The notes: generated by a model from the letters alone, not told the origin. A stretch of DNA of 64,000 nucleotides from an uncultured Mycoplasma sp. (GCA_902493595.1 CABUPU010000002.1:9942-73941), one strand, 5' to 3'; shown: positions 18,393 to 29,768, counted from the stretch's first letter. A program made the numbers and translations.

Positions 18393-20651
18393 ATGAATAA
18401 TTTACTACCAGTACTTATACTTAATGAAGTTATTATTCTTCCTAATCAAGAAATAAAAATTGATTTAAATAATGAATTAAGTAAAAAAGTAATTATAGCA
18501 AGTTCTAAAAATGAATTAAATAAAGTTCTTGTTATTGCACCGAAAAATAGTTTAGAATCCTCTCCATCACTTGAGGATCTTCCTCGCGTTGGTGTTGTTG
18601 CAAATGTTAAGAGTAAAGTTGAACTTCCTAATAATAAATTAAGAGTAATTCTAAAAGGTGAAGAGAGAGTATGTATAAATAAATATTATCGAAACCAAAA
18701 TACCAATGTTTTAAAATGTAGTCATAATGTCATAGAGCTTCCTACATTTTCTAAGACAAATGAAACTGCTATTTTTAGAAAATTAATAGAATTGACTAAG
18801 AATTATATTTCTTTAAATAAAAGCGTTTCTAATTCAATCTTGAAATTACTTAATGATAAAAAGAGTTTAAGCGATATAACTGATATTATTACTTCTTTTT
18901 TGCCATTTAATTTTACTAAAAAGTTATTTTATATGGAAACAATTAATCCCCTTACTAGGGCAGAAAATCTAATTAATGATTTAAATGAGGAAATTTTAGT
19001 TACAAATATTGATAGACAACTTGATGAAAAATTAAATGAAACTATTGAAAATGGTCAAAGAGAATTTATTTTAAAAGAAAAATTAAAAGAAATAAATAGT
19101 GAATTAGGTTTAACCAAAGATAGTGAGATTAATCAGTTAAGAGAAAAACTTGAAAGTCTAGATTTAGATAAAAAAACATATAATAAATTATTGAATGAAA
19201 TTGATAAATATTTTACTTGTTCTGAATTTAGCCCGGAATCTTCGGTTATAAAAAACTATTTGGATACAGTATTAAACTTACCTTGGCATGATGAAACGGT
19301 AATTAATACTGATATTAAAAAAATAAAAAATGAGCTTAATGAGACTCACTATGGATTAAATGAACTTAAAGACAGGATATGTGAATATGCTTTCTTTTTA
19401 GCAAAAAATAAGAATTTAATTTCTCCAGTTATTTGCCTTTTGGGTGCGCCTGGAGTAGGTAAAACAACAAGTGCATATTCAATTGCAAGGGCGCTTAATA
19501 GAGAATTTATTAAAATAAGTGTTGGAGGTCTTAATGATTCTACAGAACTAGTGGGTTCAAGAAGAACTTATCTTGGTGCTTCACCAGGGAAAATTATGCA
19601 AGGAATAATGAAATGTAAAGTAAAAAATCCAGTAATTTTAATTGATGAAGTTGATAAAATGGTTAAGGATTATAAAGGTGATCCAGCATCTACTTTATTA
19701 GAAATATTAGATAGTACTCAAAATAAACATTTTGTAGATAATTATATTGAGGAACCTTTTGATTTATCTAAAGTTATGTTTATTTTAACTGCAAATAACT
19801 TGGATACCATTCCAGCTACTTTACTTGATAGACTTGAAATAATAAAAATGGACAATTATATGACAAGTCAAAAAATTGATATTGCAAAAAATTACTTAAT
19901 TAAAGATATTTTTAAAGAATTAAATTGTGAAATAAAAATAAGTAAAGAAGTACTTGAGTTTATTATTGAAAATTATACTAAAGAGCCTGGAGTAAGGGAA
20001 CTTAAAAGAATTCTTGAAAGATTAATAAGAAAGGTAATTGTAAATGAACCAAATGCAAAAAGCATTACTATTCTTCATGCTAATAAATATTTAGTAAATA
20101 AAAATATTATGTATTTGCCTGAGGTTACAACAAGTGGCGTAGCTAATATTTTAGCATACACTACTTTAGGAGGAAAATTATCTCATATTGAAGTTGCAAA
20201 GTATAAAGGTACTGGTAAAATAATTATTACAGGCTGTGCTGGTGAAATTTTAAAAGATAGTATAAATGTTGTAATAAGTTATTTAATAAATAATTATAAT
20301 ATTGATTTAAAAAATCAAGATTTACATTTTCACTTTTTAGAAAGTTATGTTAAAAAAGATGGTCCTTCAGCAGGTGTATCAATTGCATGTGCTTTAATGA
20401 GTCTTGTTAAAAATAAAAAAATTTCATCAAGTATTGCATTTACTGGAGAACTTTCTTTAAAAGGAGATATTTTACCAGTTGGTGGTTTAAAAGAAAAAAT
20501 TTCTACAGCGGCTACTGAAGGAATAAGTAAAATATTTGTACCAGCTGAAAATGCCTACGAAGTTGCAAATATAAGTGAAAATATTACGAATAATATTGAG
20601 ATTGTTCTAGTTAGCAATTTTAATGAAATATATGAATCGCTTTTTAAATAA
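18393..20651 (+). CDS. lon: ATP-dependent Lon protease.
   Basis: N-terminal LON domain, AAA+ Walker A GAPGVGKTT and a C-terminal Ser protease motif DGPSAG. Confidence 0.9.
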   Translation: MNNLLPVLILNEVIILPNQEIKIDLNNELSKKVIIASSKNELNKVLVIAPKNSLESSPSLEDLPRVGVVANVKSKVELPNNKLRVILKGEERVCINKYYRNQNTNVLKCSHNVIELPTFSKTNETAIFRKLIELTKNYISLNKSVSNSILKLLNDKKSLSDITDIITSFLPFNFTKKLFYMETINPLTRAENLINDLNEEILVTNIDRQLDEKLNETIENGQREFILKEKLKEINSELGLTKDSEINQLREKLESLDLDKKTYNKLLNEIDKYFTCSEFSPESSVIKNYLDTVLNLPWHDETVINTDIKKIKNELNETHYGLNELKDRICEYAFFLAKNKNLISPVICLLGAPGVGKTTSAYSIARALNREFIKISVGGLNDSTELVGSRRTYLGASPGKIMQGIMKCKVKNPVILIDEVDKMVKDYKGDPASTLLEILDSTQNKHFVDNYIEEPFDLSKVMFILTANNLDTIPATLLDRLEIIKMDNYMTSQKIDIAKNYLIKDIFKELNCEIKISKEVLEFIIENYTKEPGVRELKRILERLIRKVIVNEPNAKSITILHANKYLVNKNIMYLPEVTTSGVANILAYTTLGGKLSHIEVAKYKGTGKIIITGCAGEILKDSINVVISYLINNYNIDLKNQDLHFHFLESYVKKDGPSAGVSIACALMSLVKNKKISSSIAFTGELSLKGDILPVGGLKEKISTAATEGISKIFVPAENAYEVANISENITNNIEIVLVSNFNEIYESLFK

Positions 20652-20696
20652 TAGTAAATATGATATAATTTCCTTATGTAGATAGGATGATTTAAA

Positions 20697-21416
20697 ATGA
20701 ATTTAAAAGATGTTAATTATAAAGATTATGGTGTGGATAAAAAAGGTGTAATTGTTCTTTTACATGGATGGGGTCAAAACATTCAAATGATGGATATGCT
20801 TGGCCATCCTTTTGAAAAAGACTTTCGTATAATTGTTTTAGATTTACCAGGATTCGGTAATTCATCTGAACCCAATGATTTTTGGTCTGTAACCGATTAT
20901 GCAAATTTTTTAAATGATTTTTTTAACAGTTTAAATATTAAAAAACCAATTCTTATTGGACATTCTTTTGGTGGTAGAATTGCTATTGATTATGCATCAA
21001 GGTTTGAAGTAAACAAAGTTGTATTGTTATCAGCTCCATTTAGACCAAAAAAGAAAAAAGTTAGTATGAAAGTTAAAATATATAAAATTATTAAAAAAGT
21101 TAAATTTCTAAAGTCATTTGCAAATTATTTAAAAGGCAAGTGGGGAAGTAATGATTATAAAAATGCTAGCGAGATTATGCGTGGAAGTTTAGTTAAAATT
21201 GTAAATCAAGATTTAACAGAGAACGCCAAAAAAATAACTGCTCCAGTACTTTTGATATATGGAACTGCTGACAAGGATGTTCCTTTAAAAGAGGCTATTT
21301 ATCTAGAAACTATTTTAAAGGATGGTGGCTTAGTTAGGTATACAGGACTTGGACATTATGCATATCTTGAAAATTTAAATTTAACAATTAGTATTTTAAA
21401 TAATTATTTAGGGTAG
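20697..21416 (+). CDS. Alpha/beta-fold hydrolase (esterase/lipase family).
   Basis: HGWG oxyanion region and a GHSFGG nucleophile elbow. Confidence 0.7.
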   Translation: MNLKDVNYKDYGVDKKGVIVLLHGWGQNIQMMDMLGHPFEKDFRIIVLDLPGFGNSSEPNDFWSVTDYANFLNDFFNSLNIKKPILIGHSFGGRIAIDYASRFEVNKVVLLSAPFRPKKKKVSMKVKIYKIIKKVKFLKSFANYLKGKWGSNDYKNASEIMRGSLVKIVNQDLTENAKKITAPVLLIYGTADKDVPLKEAIYLETILKDGGLVRYTGLGHYAYLENLNLTISILNNYLG

Positions 21417-21423
21417 GTGACAT

Positions 21424-22992
21424 ATGAAATATTTAATGATAATACTTATATCCATTTATCTCATTTTTGAGGGTTTATTTTTTTTACAAATGCTTCAGCA
21501 AAATTCTTATAATGATAAAAATAGATTTTTAGTTTTTGTATTAAAAAACATTAAAGAAAATTTAAATTATTATGCTTTAAAATTATTATTTGCTATTTCT
21601 TTTTTACTATTTAATAATTTTGAACAAATTTTATATGTCTATTTTTTTACTGTTTGTTTTATTTTAATATATTCAAGCATTTTACAATATCGAAAACATA
21701 ATAAAAAATTACCATTGGTATTTACCTTTAGGATTTATAGAATTAGTTTTTTGCATTTAGCTCTATATTTTTCTTTATTAATTCTTTTTATTAATGATAA
21801 TCTTTGCCATTTACTTGGATATTTATTACTATATATTTCATTAGTACCATTTATTTTAATAATAATAATTTATATACTTACACCGATTGAAAAAATAATT
21901 TACACGATTTATAAAAATAAAGCTTTAAAAAAACTTGCAAAAATGGGTAATATTATAGTAATTGGCATAACTGGATCATTTGGTAAGACAAGTACTAAAA
22001 TGATTTTAAATGATATTTTAAGTATTAAATATAAAGGTTTTGCCACTGCTGCATCATTTAATACACCAAAAGGAATTTTAAAAACTATTAATGAGAATGA
22101 TACAATATTTAATGACTATTTTATTGCAGAAATGGGAGCACGAAAAAAAGGCGAAATTAAAGAAATTTGTAAACTTGTTCATCCCCAATATGGAATTATT
22201 ACAAGTATTGGCCCTGCCCATTTAGAAACTTTTAAAAATATTGAAAATATTACAAATACTAAATTCGAATTACTTGAAAATTTAAGAGATAATGGACTTA
22301 TTATTTTAAATAAAGATAATGAATACGAAAGAGACTATAAAGCACATAAAAAAGTAAAAAAACTATGGTTTGGTATTAATAATAAAGCGGATGCTTATGC
22401 TGACAATATTAAGTTTTCCAGTAAAGGTACAACATTTGATTTATATTTAAAAAAGCAAAAAATAAATGTTAGTACTATTTTACTGGGCAAAGAAAATGTT
22501 TATAATATTTTAGCCGCAAGTCTTCTTGGATATGAAATGGGTCTTTCATTAGATCAGATTAAACTAGGAATTAAAAATATTAAGCCAATACCTCATAGAT
22601 TAGAAATTAAGAAAAATGGCACTACTACAATAATTGATGATAGTTATAACTCTAATCCTATTGGAGCTGAAAATGCATTAAGTGTTTTAAAACTAATGAG
22701 TGGAAAAAAGGTAATTATTACTCCTGGGATGGTTGAAATGGGTAAGAAAGAACAAGAACTTAATTATGAATTTGGTGAAAAAATGGCGAATATTTGTGAT
22801 AAATTTTATTTGATTGGTAAGAAAAGAAGTACACCAATATCCGATGGTATTCTTAAAAATAATAAAAATGCAGATGTAAAAGTATTTAATAGTTTTAATG
22901 AAGCATATAATAGTTTTGGAAAAGAATATGAAAATCAAAAGGTAACTGTGTTAATCGAAAATGATTTACCAGACACTTATACAGAAAAATAG
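21424..22992 (+). CDS. murF: Mur ligase family protein (MurF-like UDP-MurNAc-peptide D-Ala-D-Ala adding enzyme) with an N-terminal polytopic membrane domain.
   Basis: The Mur ligase P-loop IGITGSFGKTSTK is present. It sits immediately upstream of ddl, the canonical murF-ddl context. The first ~170 aa are hydrophobic TM segments instead of the usual soluble N-domain. Confidence 0.55.
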   Translation: MKYLMIILISIYLIFEGLFFLQMLQQNSYNDKNRFLVFVLKNIKENLNYYALKLLFAISFLLFNNFEQILYVYFFTVCFILIYSSILQYRKHNKKLPLVFTFRIYRISFLHLALYFSLLILFINDNLCHLLGYLLLYISLVPFILIIIIYILTPIEKIIYTIYKNKALKKLAKMGNIIVIGITGSFGKTSTKMILNDILSIKYKGFATAASFNTPKGILKTINENDTIFNDYFIAEMGARKKGEIKEICKLVHPQYGIITSIGPAHLETFKNIENITNTKFELLENLRDNGLIILNKDNEYERDYKAHKKVKKLWFGINNKADAYADNIKFSSKGTTFDLYLKKQKINVSTILLGKENVYNILAASLLGYEMGLSLDQIKLGIKNIKPIPHRLEIKKNGTTTIIDDSYNSNPIGAENALSVLKLMSGKKVIITPGMVEMGKKEQELNYEFGEKMANICDKFYLIGKKRSTPISDGILKNNKNADVKVFNSFNEAYNSFGKEYENQKVTVLIENDLPDTYTEK

Positions 22993-23004
22993 AAAGGAAA
23001 TATT

Positions 23005-24156
23005 ATGAAACTGAAAATAGGTATTATATATGGTGGAATTAGTACAGAACATGAAATTAGCATTATAAGTGCACTTCAGGCAATAAATAATATTGATACC
23101 GATAAATATGTCGTGGTACCAATATATTTGTCTAAAACGGGAATATTTTATACTGGTAAATATTTATTAAATATTGATAATTATAAAAACTTAAATTTAA
23201 TATCTAAAAAATGTAAACAAGTAACTATAATTAAGAAAAAAAATAGTTTTTATTTATTAAATGCTTGTTTTCCTCATAACATTGTATCTAATATTGATAT
23301 TTTCTTTCCAATTGTTCATGGATATAATGTTGAGGATGGTTCAATTGCTGGCTTTTTAGAAACAATAGGTGCTCCATATGCTGAAAGCGATTTATATGCA
23401 AGTTTAGTCGGCCAAGACAAAGTACTTCAGAAAATGGTATTTAAAGAAAATGGTATTAATACTACTGAATTTGTATATTTTTATGATAATGAATATTTAA
23501 CTAATCAAAAAAATATAATTGAAAAAATAAAAGAATTATCTTTTCCAGTTATTGTTAAACCTGCAAGACTTGGAAGTAGTGTAGGAATTAGCATTGCAAA
23601 AGATGGAATTTCTTTAAAAGAGGCAATTGAAAATGCAATTAAATACGATGAGAAAATAATTGTTGAAAAACTTATTGACAATTTAAAAGAGTTAAATTGC
23701 TCAGTACTAGGTGATAAAAACTTGTATAAAACTTCTTTAATCGAAGAGGTTAGTGCTAAAGAAAATATTCTTTCTTATGAAGATAAATATATTTCTGGTG
23801 GAAAAACAAAAGGCATGGCAAGTGCAAAAAGAAAAGTCCCTGCGGATATACCAAATAAAATAACTAAAGAAATAGAAAATATGAGTATTAAGGCATGTAA
23901 GGTTCTTAATACAAGTGGAATAGTTCGCATTGACTATTTATATGATACAAAAAGCAATGTAGTTTATTTAAATGAAATAAACATTATTCCAGGATCTTTA
24001 TCATTCTATTTATGGAAAAATACGAAATATAAAGATTTACTTACAAACATAATCGAACTTGGAATTGAAAAATATAAAAATAAGTCTAAAAAGGAAACAT
24101 CATTTGAGACAAATGTATTACAAAATTTTGAGGGAACTAAAGGAATAAAAAAATAA
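23005..24156 (+). CDS. ddl: D-alanine--D-alanine ligase.
   Basis: ATP-grasp architecture with an N-terminal IGIIYGGISTEHEIS and conserved Ddl motifs (PVIVKPARLGSSVGIS). Confidence 0.9.
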   Translation: MKLKIGIIYGGISTEHEISIISALQAINNIDTDKYVVVPIYLSKTGIFYTGKYLLNIDNYKNLNLISKKCKQVTIIKKKNSFYLLNACFPHNIVSNIDIFFPIVHGYNVEDGSIAGFLETIGAPYAESDLYASLVGQDKVLQKMVFKENGINTTEFVYFYDNEYLTNQKNIIEKIKELSFPVIVKPARLGSSVGISIAKDGISLKEAIENAIKYDEKIIVEKLIDNLKELNCSVLGDKNLYKTSLIEEVSAKENILSYEDKYISGGKTKGMASAKRKVPADIPNKITKEIENMSIKACKVLNTSGIVRIDYLYDTKSNVVYLNEINIIPGSLSFYLWKNTKYKDLLTNIIELGIEKYKNKSKKETSFETNVLQNFEGTKGIKK

Positions 24157-24272
24157 ACTCTAGACAATAGTTTTCAAATATGATATATTTAATTTGCTCG
24201 AAAAAAATATTTTTTTGCGAGCTTTTTTTTCGAATAAAAATAAAAATCATACTAGTTTTTGAAAGGAAACAC

Positions 24273-25487
24273 ATGAAAAAAATATTAATTACAATAATAA
24301 CAATTTTTGCTTTCGAAATGAATATTAACGCTGTAACTGGTATAAGTTATACAATAGGTGGAACTATGAAACATATTTGTTCAAATGATTTATCAATTAA
24401 AGGGGAAATTCCATTTATTAATTTAAATAATGCAGAAGTTTATTTTTTAAAACCTGAATCAGCATTCAATCTTGATTTAAAAACATACGAATACGATAGT
24501 TATGATAATTATAATTTACCTAGTGATTTAAGGGACTATTTTTATGGCTTTTTAGAGTTTAAAAAAATTCCTAATATTACTCGAAGTGACTATCATGTTC
24601 TTACTCAAAGATTAGTATGGGACTATTTATATCCAGAACTTCAGCTACAATTTTGTACAAGTTTTGGTAAAGAATTTAATTTTTATGATAAAGAATATAA
24701 TGAGATAAAAAATAAAATTTCTTCAGTTGTAAATGGACCGGATTTTTTTAAAAATGATAATTATTTACTAGCAAATAAGGAATATACTTTTGAATTTGAA
24801 TATTTAAGTAGCTATGATTTAATATCTAAACCAGATAATTTAAATGTTAATATTAACGATGATAAATTAAATTTAAGTGGTGAAAATGGTGTATATAAAC
24901 TTATTTTTAAGAAAAAACCTTTAGAGAGCAAAGGGTATATTTCAGAAAGAATATTATCAGATGGAAACAATGGATTATTTTCCTTTGCTAATTTTAATGA
25001 TAAAGAATATGTAATGAATGTAATTATTGAAAGTGTAAATTTAACTGTTATAGTTCTTGATGAAAATGGTAGTGCTTTAAATAATGAATGTATAATTTTG
25101 AATAATTCACCTTATTGTACAAATGAAAATGGTTTAATTAATATACCTGGACTTGCAAAAAATAAATATAATATTCTTTATGAAGAAACAGAAGATTATG
25201 AAAGTTATAGCGAAAGTATTGAATTAAATCAAGATATGTTTTTGAAAATTAATTTAAAAGCTAAAAAAAATAATCAGGAAATTATAAATATTAATAATGC
25301 CTCAATGGATGATAGCAAAAATGATAGTGATTCAAATGACAATATTACAAATAATGATGAAAATTATGCAAATGAAGATTATATAATATTCAAGGATACA
25401 TTGTCCATAAATAAAATTTATGTTTTAACCATTGTTTTATTTCTTTTTATAGGGGTAATATTTTGTTATCAAAAATTAAAAAAATAA
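24273..25487 (+). CDS. Secreted cell-surface protein with a C-terminal hydrophobic anchor and a basic tail. Probable substrate of the downstream sortase.
   Basis: Signal peptide MKKILITIITIFAFEMNINA, an Asn/Asp-rich linker and a C-terminus ...LTIVLFLFIGVIFCYQKLKK. No canonical LPXTG is seen. The start is chosen at the ATG after RBS GAAAGGAAAC. Confidence 0.55.
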   Translation: MKKILITIITIFAFEMNINAVTGISYTIGGTMKHICSNDLSIKGEIPFINLNNAEVYFLKPESAFNLDLKTYEYDSYDNYNLPSDLRDYFYGFLEFKKIPNITRSDYHVLTQRLVWDYLYPELQLQFCTSFGKEFNFYDKEYNEIKNKISSVVNGPDFFKNDNYLLANKEYTFEFEYLSSYDLISKPDNLNVNINDDKLNLSGENGVYKLIFKKKPLESKGYISERILSDGNNGLFSFANFNDKEYVMNVIIESVNLTVIVLDENGSALNNECIILNNSPYCTNENGLINIPGLAKNKYNILYEETEDYESYSESIELNQDMFLKINLKAKKNNQEIININNASMDDSKNDSDSNDNITNNDENYANEDYIIFKDTLSINKIYVLTIVLFLFIGVIFCYQKLKK

Positions 25488-25948
25488 TTTTATTAATCAA
25501 TATTTTGTTAATTAATACTAAAACTGTTGATATCTTAAATACTTACAATATCCTTTTTGATAGCTATCAAGAACATGAGAATATTACTCTTACTATTCCA
25601 ACGATTAGTTTTTCTAAAACTTTTAATGTTCATTCAACTTTAAAAGATAGTTTAGAACTTGATAAAAATTCGAGTTTATATCCTAGCGATAATAATACTA
25701 TAATAATACTTGGGCATTCTGGATATAATTATAATGCATATTTTAATGATTTATTTTACTTAAAAAATAATGATAAAATATATTTAAAATATGGTAATAT
25801 TAATTACACATATAAAATTATTTATATTGAATACATAAAAAAAAATACTAAATATAAAATAGAATACAATAAAAATTATTTATATCTTGTTACATGTGAT
25901 TTATATGATTTTAATAAGCAAATTGTTATAAAAAGCTCAAAAATTTAA
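25463..25948 (+). CDS. Small sortase-family transpeptidase.
   Basis: N-terminal TM, His region IILGHSGY and catalytic Cys in YLVTCDLY (a TLXTC-like motif). Confidence 0.6.
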   Translation: MLSKIKKIILLINILLINTKTVDILNTYNILFDSYQEHENITLTIPTISFSKTFNVHSTLKDSLELDKNSSLYPSDNNTIIILGHSGYNYNAYFNDLFYLKNNDKIYLKYGNINYTYKIIYIEYIKKNTKYKIEYNKNYLYLVTCDLYDFNKQIVIKSSKI

Positions 25949-25965
25949 CTTTTTTTGAGTTTTTT
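25925..25965 (+). terminator. Terminator-like hairpin after the sortase gene (CTCAAAAA...TTTTTGAG plus a T-run).
   Basis: Read directly. Confidence 0.4.
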
Positions 25966-26037
25966 TCATTTTTTTTTAAAAAAAAGGAGGAAATCGGGGG
26001 GGTAGCGGTAATAATATATATATGTAGGGGATAAAAT

Positions 26038-27786
26038 ATGAAGTATATTAATGAAGAAGAAATTAACACAATTAGACAGAATGCTAATATAGTTGATATT
26101 ATTGAAAGTTATGGAATTAAACTCGAAAAAAAAGGTAAAGATAATTATGTATGTCTATGTCCATTTCATGATGATCACAATCCAAATATGATTGTTTCTC
26201 AGGCTAAGCAAATCTTTACTTGCTTTGGCGGATGTGGTGCAACTGGTAATGTATTTACATTTGTTCAAAAATATGAAAATGTAAGTTTTATTGAAGCAGT
26301 TAAAATAGTTGCCGAAAAATCTCATCAAAATTTTAATTATGATATTAAAAGTTCTACGGCAAATGATAAATTTAGTAAAGAGTATGAAATCATGGATTTA
26401 TCATTAAAGTTTTTTCAAAATAATTTAGCCTCAGGTGAGGGTATTAAAGCCAAAGAATACCTTTTTAAAAGAGGTATTAATGAAACAATTATTAATGAGT
26501 TTAAACTTGGCCTTTCAATAAGTAATAATAGTTTAAAAAAATTCTTTGAAAGTAAAAATGTCTCTTTAGAACTTGCTTATAAAATTGGCCTTTTAAATAA
26601 AAGTGGAACAGAATATTATGATGTGTTTAATGACCGTATAATGATTCCTATATTTAATCAATCTGGTAAATTATGTGGTTATACAGGAAGATGTTATATA
26701 AAAGATGAAGAAAATAAATATGTTAATTCAAAAGAAAATGAAATTTATAAGAAAAGTGAAGTATTATTTAACTATTTTAATGCTAAAAATGAAATCAATA
26801 AGTTAAAGGAAATTGTTATTGTCGAAGGTAACATGGATGCAATAACTATGAGTACTTATGGTATTAAAAATGTATGTGCTTTGATGGGAGTTGTGCTTAC
26901 AAGTTATCAAATAAACTTTTTAAAAAAACAAAGACTTAAATTAATATTGATGCTTGATAATGATAATGCTGGTAGAACAGCTACTTTAAAAGTCGGAGAC
27001 AATTTATATAATGCTGGTATTGATGTAAGAGTAGTAAGACTTTCTGGAGCTAAAGATCCCGATGAATATGTAAGAAAAAATGGAATTGAGGCTTTAAAAG
27101 AAAATATTAGTAATGCAAGAAAATTTATTGATTTTAAAATTGAGGCATTAAAATCAGACTATGATTTAACTTCAGTTGAGGATATACAAAAATACATACT
27201 TCAGGTACTAGAAATAGTAAAAGGACTTAGTGATTTAGAAAAAAATATAATTATTAATAAATTAAGTGAAGAGTATCGTGTTGATGTTAATATTTTAAAA
27301 AAGAATGTTACTTTTGAAAATAAAAAACCTCTTGTAAAAGAATTACCACAGAAAAAAAAGAAGAGTGGATATGATTTAGCTGTTTCAAATATTATTTATG
27401 GAATGCTTCAGAATAAAGAGTATTATGTTATTTTTACAAATCGGTTAGGTTATTTAAAAAATAGAGTTGAAAGAATGACTGTAGCTTATATAAAAGAATA
27501 TATTGATAAGTTTGGTAACATTGATATTGCAGGTTTTCTAGATTATGTGGTAAAATATGAAGATGTTTATACATTTGTAAGTGATGTTTTATCTAATAAT
27601 GATAAAGAGATAACGGAAAAATGGTTTCTCGAAGCACTTGATAGAGCAAATAATGAAATAGATAAGATGGATTTAAAACAAAAAAAATATAATGCCCAAA
27701 ATGAGCTAGATGCAAATATGAAAATAAATGATGCCCAAAAGTGGCTTGAAAAAAAAAGAAAAATTGAGTATGAGGAAAGGATGTAG
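26038..27786 (+). CDS. dnaG: DNA primase.
   Basis: Zinc ribbon [13 protein letters not shown]...CFGGCG, a TOPRIM domain (EGNMDAI...DNDNAGR) and a C-terminal DnaB-interaction region. Confidence 0.9.
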   Translation: MKYINEEEINTIRQNANIVDIIESYGIKLEKKGKDNYVCLCPFHDDHNPNMIVSQAKQIFTCFGGCGATGNVFTFVQKYENVSFIEAVKIVAEKSHQNFNYDIKSSTANDKFSKEYEIMDLSLKFFQNNLASGEGIKAKEYLFKRGINETIINEFKLGLSISNNSLKKFFESKNVSLELAYKIGLLNKSGTEYYDVFNDRIMIPIFNQSGKLCGYTGRCYIKDEENKYVNSKENEIYKKSEVLFNYFNAKNEINKLKEIVIVEGNMDAITMSTYGIKNVCALMGVVLTSYQINFLKKQRLKLILMLDNDNAGRTATLKVGDNLYNAGIDVRVVRLSGAKDPDEYVRKNGIEALKENISNARKFIDFKIEALKSDYDLTSVEDIQKYILQVLEIVKGLSDLEKNIIINKLSEEYRVDVNILKKNVTFENKKPLVKELPQKKKKSGYDLAVSNIIYGMLQNKEYYVIFTNRLGYLKNRVERMTVAYIKEYIDKFGNIDIAGFLDYVVKYEDVYTFVSDVLSNNDKEITEKWFLEALDRANNEIDKMDLKQKKYNAQNELDANMKINDAQKWLEKKRKIEYEERM

Positions 27787-27791
27787 TAAAT

Positions 27792-28904
27792 ATGAAAGAA
27801 ATTAAAACATTTAAAGAAAGAGAAGAAGAATTAATTAAAGAGGGGGAAGCCAAAGGTTACATTACTTATGAATTGCTTGCAGAAAAGTTAAAAGGGCTAG
27901 AAATTGATAATGATTTATTAGATGAACTTTATAACAAATTGCTTGAACATAATATTACAGTTATATCAGGTGATGATGTATCCTCAAATGGAGGAAATGC
28001 CCAAAGAGTACTCGAGGAAGCAAAAGAAGAAGAAAATCTTATTTTAAATGATGAAGAAATTACAAAGGATGTTAATATTAATGATCCTGTTAGAATGTAT
28101 TTAAAAGAAATAGGTAGAATTCCACTTCTTACTCCTGAGGAAGAACTTGCGTTGTCTGATAGAATTAATAATAATGATGAAGATGCTAAAAGAATTCTTG
28201 CTGAAAGTAATCTTCGTCTTGTTGTATCAATTGCTAAAAGATATGTTGGAAGAGGTCTTCTTTTCCTTGACCTTATCCAAGAGGGAAATATTGGCTTAAT
28301 GAAAGCTGTAGATAAATTTGACTCAAATAGGGGTTATAAATTTTCTACTTATGCCACATGGTGGATTAGACAAGCAATAACAAGAGCACTTGCCGATCAA
28401 GCTAGAACAATTCGTGTACCAGTACATATGGTTGAAACAATTAATAAAATGGTAAGGGTACAAAGACAACTTACACTTGAACTTAATAGGGAACCTTTAG
28501 AAGAGGAAATTGCAAAAAAAATGAATGTCAGTGTTGATAAAGTTCGTGAAGTTATTAAAATCAGTCAAGATCCAGTTTCACTTGAAACACCAATTGGTGA
28601 AGAAGATGATTCACATTTAGGAGATTTTATTAAAGATGAAAGTTCACTTTCTCCAGAAGAATATACTGAAAATGAGATTTTAAAAGAGGAAATTGATGAT
28701 GTACTTCAAAGTCTTCAGCCTAGAGAACAAGAAGTATTACGTCTACGTTTTGGTCTTAAAGATGGTACTTGTCATACCCTTGAGGAAGTTGGAAAGAAAT
28801 TTAATGTAACAAGAGAAAGAATTCGTCAAATTGAGGCAAAAGCTCTTCGTAAACTTCGTCATCCTTCAAGAGCTAAAAAATTAAAAGATTTTATGGAGGA
28901 GTAA
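27792..28904 (+). CDS. sigA: RNA polymerase primary sigma factor SigA/RpoD.
   Basis: Region 2 [18 protein letters not shown]...[13 protein letters not shown], region 3 and region 4 [28 protein letters not shown]. It lies immediately downstream of dnaG, as in Firmicutes. Confidence 0.9.
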   Translation: MKEIKTFKEREEELIKEGEAKGYITYELLAEKLKGLEIDNDLLDELYNKLLEHNITVISGDDVSSNGGNAQRVLEEAKEEENLILNDEEITKDVNINDPVRMYLKEIGRIPLLTPEEELALSDRINNNDEDAKRILAESNLRLVVSIAKRYVGRGLLFLDLIQEGNIGLMKAVDKFDSNRGYKFSTYATWWIRQAITRALADQARTIRVPVHMVETINKMVRVQRQLTLELNREPLEEEIAKKMNVSVDKVREVIKISQDPVSLETPIGEEDDSHLGDFIKDESSLSPEEYTENEILKEEIDDVLQSLQPREQEVLRLRFGLKDGTCHTLEEVGKKFNVTRERIRQIEAKALRKLRHPSRAKKLKDFMEE

Positions 28905-29512
28905 TGAAAAGTCTTCGCCTCGAGGCTGTTGCATCTTTCGTAAAAAAAGATTCTATAGTACTTGATGTTGGAACAGATCATGCTTATTTACCAATAATTC
29001 TATCTAAACAAGGTAAATGTAAAAAGATTATTGCTAGTGATATTTCAGAAAATGCTTTATCATATGGAAAAGCTAATTTAAAAAAATATAATATAAATAA
29101 TGTAACGATAGTATTATCTAATGGATTAAAAAATATTACCAATAAATATGATACTCTTACTATATGTGGTATGGGAACATATACAATAATTGATATTTTA
29201 AAAAGTGGATATTTACCAGAAAATATTATAATAAGTTCCAATAATGATTTATATACTTTAAGGTGTTATTTAAATAGCATTAATTATAAAATTGTAAAAG
29301 AAATTATTATATTTGAAAACTCTAAGTATTACGATATTATTTCATATGAAAAAGGTTTTGAAAAGTTATCATATTTTCAAAAAATGTATGGTAAAAGTAA
29401 CGATAAGAAATACTTGAAAAGTTTACTTCATAAAGAAATTCATATTTTTAAAAAGACTAAAAAATTGGGAATACTAAAAAATATTATATATTTATTTTTT
29501 AAAACTATTTAA
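28904..29512 (+). CDS. trmK: tRNA (adenine22-N1)-methyltransferase TrmK family.
   Basis: SAM-binding VLDVGTDHAYLPI. It lies downstream of sigA, as yqfN/trmK does in Bacillus. Start codon overlaps the sigA stop. Confidence 0.7.
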   Translation: MKSLRLEAVASFVKKDSIVLDVGTDHAYLPIILSKQGKCKKIIASDISENALSYGKANLKKYNINNVTIVLSNGLKNITNKYDTLTICGMGTYTIIDILKSGYLPENIIISSNNDLYTLRCYLNSINYKIVKEIIIFENSKYYDIISYEKGFEKLSYFQKMYGKSNDKKYLKSLLHKEIHIFKKTKKLGILKNIIYLFFKTI

Positions 29513-29768
29513 AAAATGTTGGGTTATTAATAAGACTACTTTTTATAGTAGTTTTTATTATGGAGGAATTTACTTCTTTAGGAGTTTCTTTTACTTTAGA
29601 ACCTCGGTTTAAAGCATTTAATATTTTTGGCAAATTTTTTGCACTACCTATCATTGGTTTTACACTTTCATAAAGGGGAATTACTTCTTTAGCAATATTG
29701 ATTGTTTTAGAAAGCCCAGATAAAACTTTAGCAAGAGTTATTCCTGAAGATACCATACTTGAAAACAT
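29505..29768 (-). CDS. Hypothetical small protein (87 aa).
   Basis: The ORF has an AGGTGA RBS-like motif shortly upstream. It occupies an otherwise empty 350-bp gap. I recognise no domain. Confidence 0.3.
   Translation of the reverse strand: MFSSMVSSGITLAKVLSGLSKTINIAKEVIPLYESVKPMIGSAKNLPKILNALNRGSKVKETPKEVNSSIIKTTIKSSLINNPTFFK

Noticed and set aside
20713-20904. 63-aa minus-strand ORF inside the alpha/beta hydrolase gene.
   Set aside because: It is fully nested antisense within a conserved-motif gene and has no RBS.
22693-22938. 81-aa minus-strand ORF inside the murF-like gene.
   Set aside because: It is a nested antisense ORF of low-complexity I/F/K content.
27593-27853. 86-aa minus-strand ORF spanning the dnaG-sigA junction.
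   Set aside because: It is antisense to two essential genes, with no RBS, and is probably spurious.
28984-29241. 85-aa minus-strand ORF inside trmK.
   Set aside because: It is a nested antisense ORF in AT-rich sequence.
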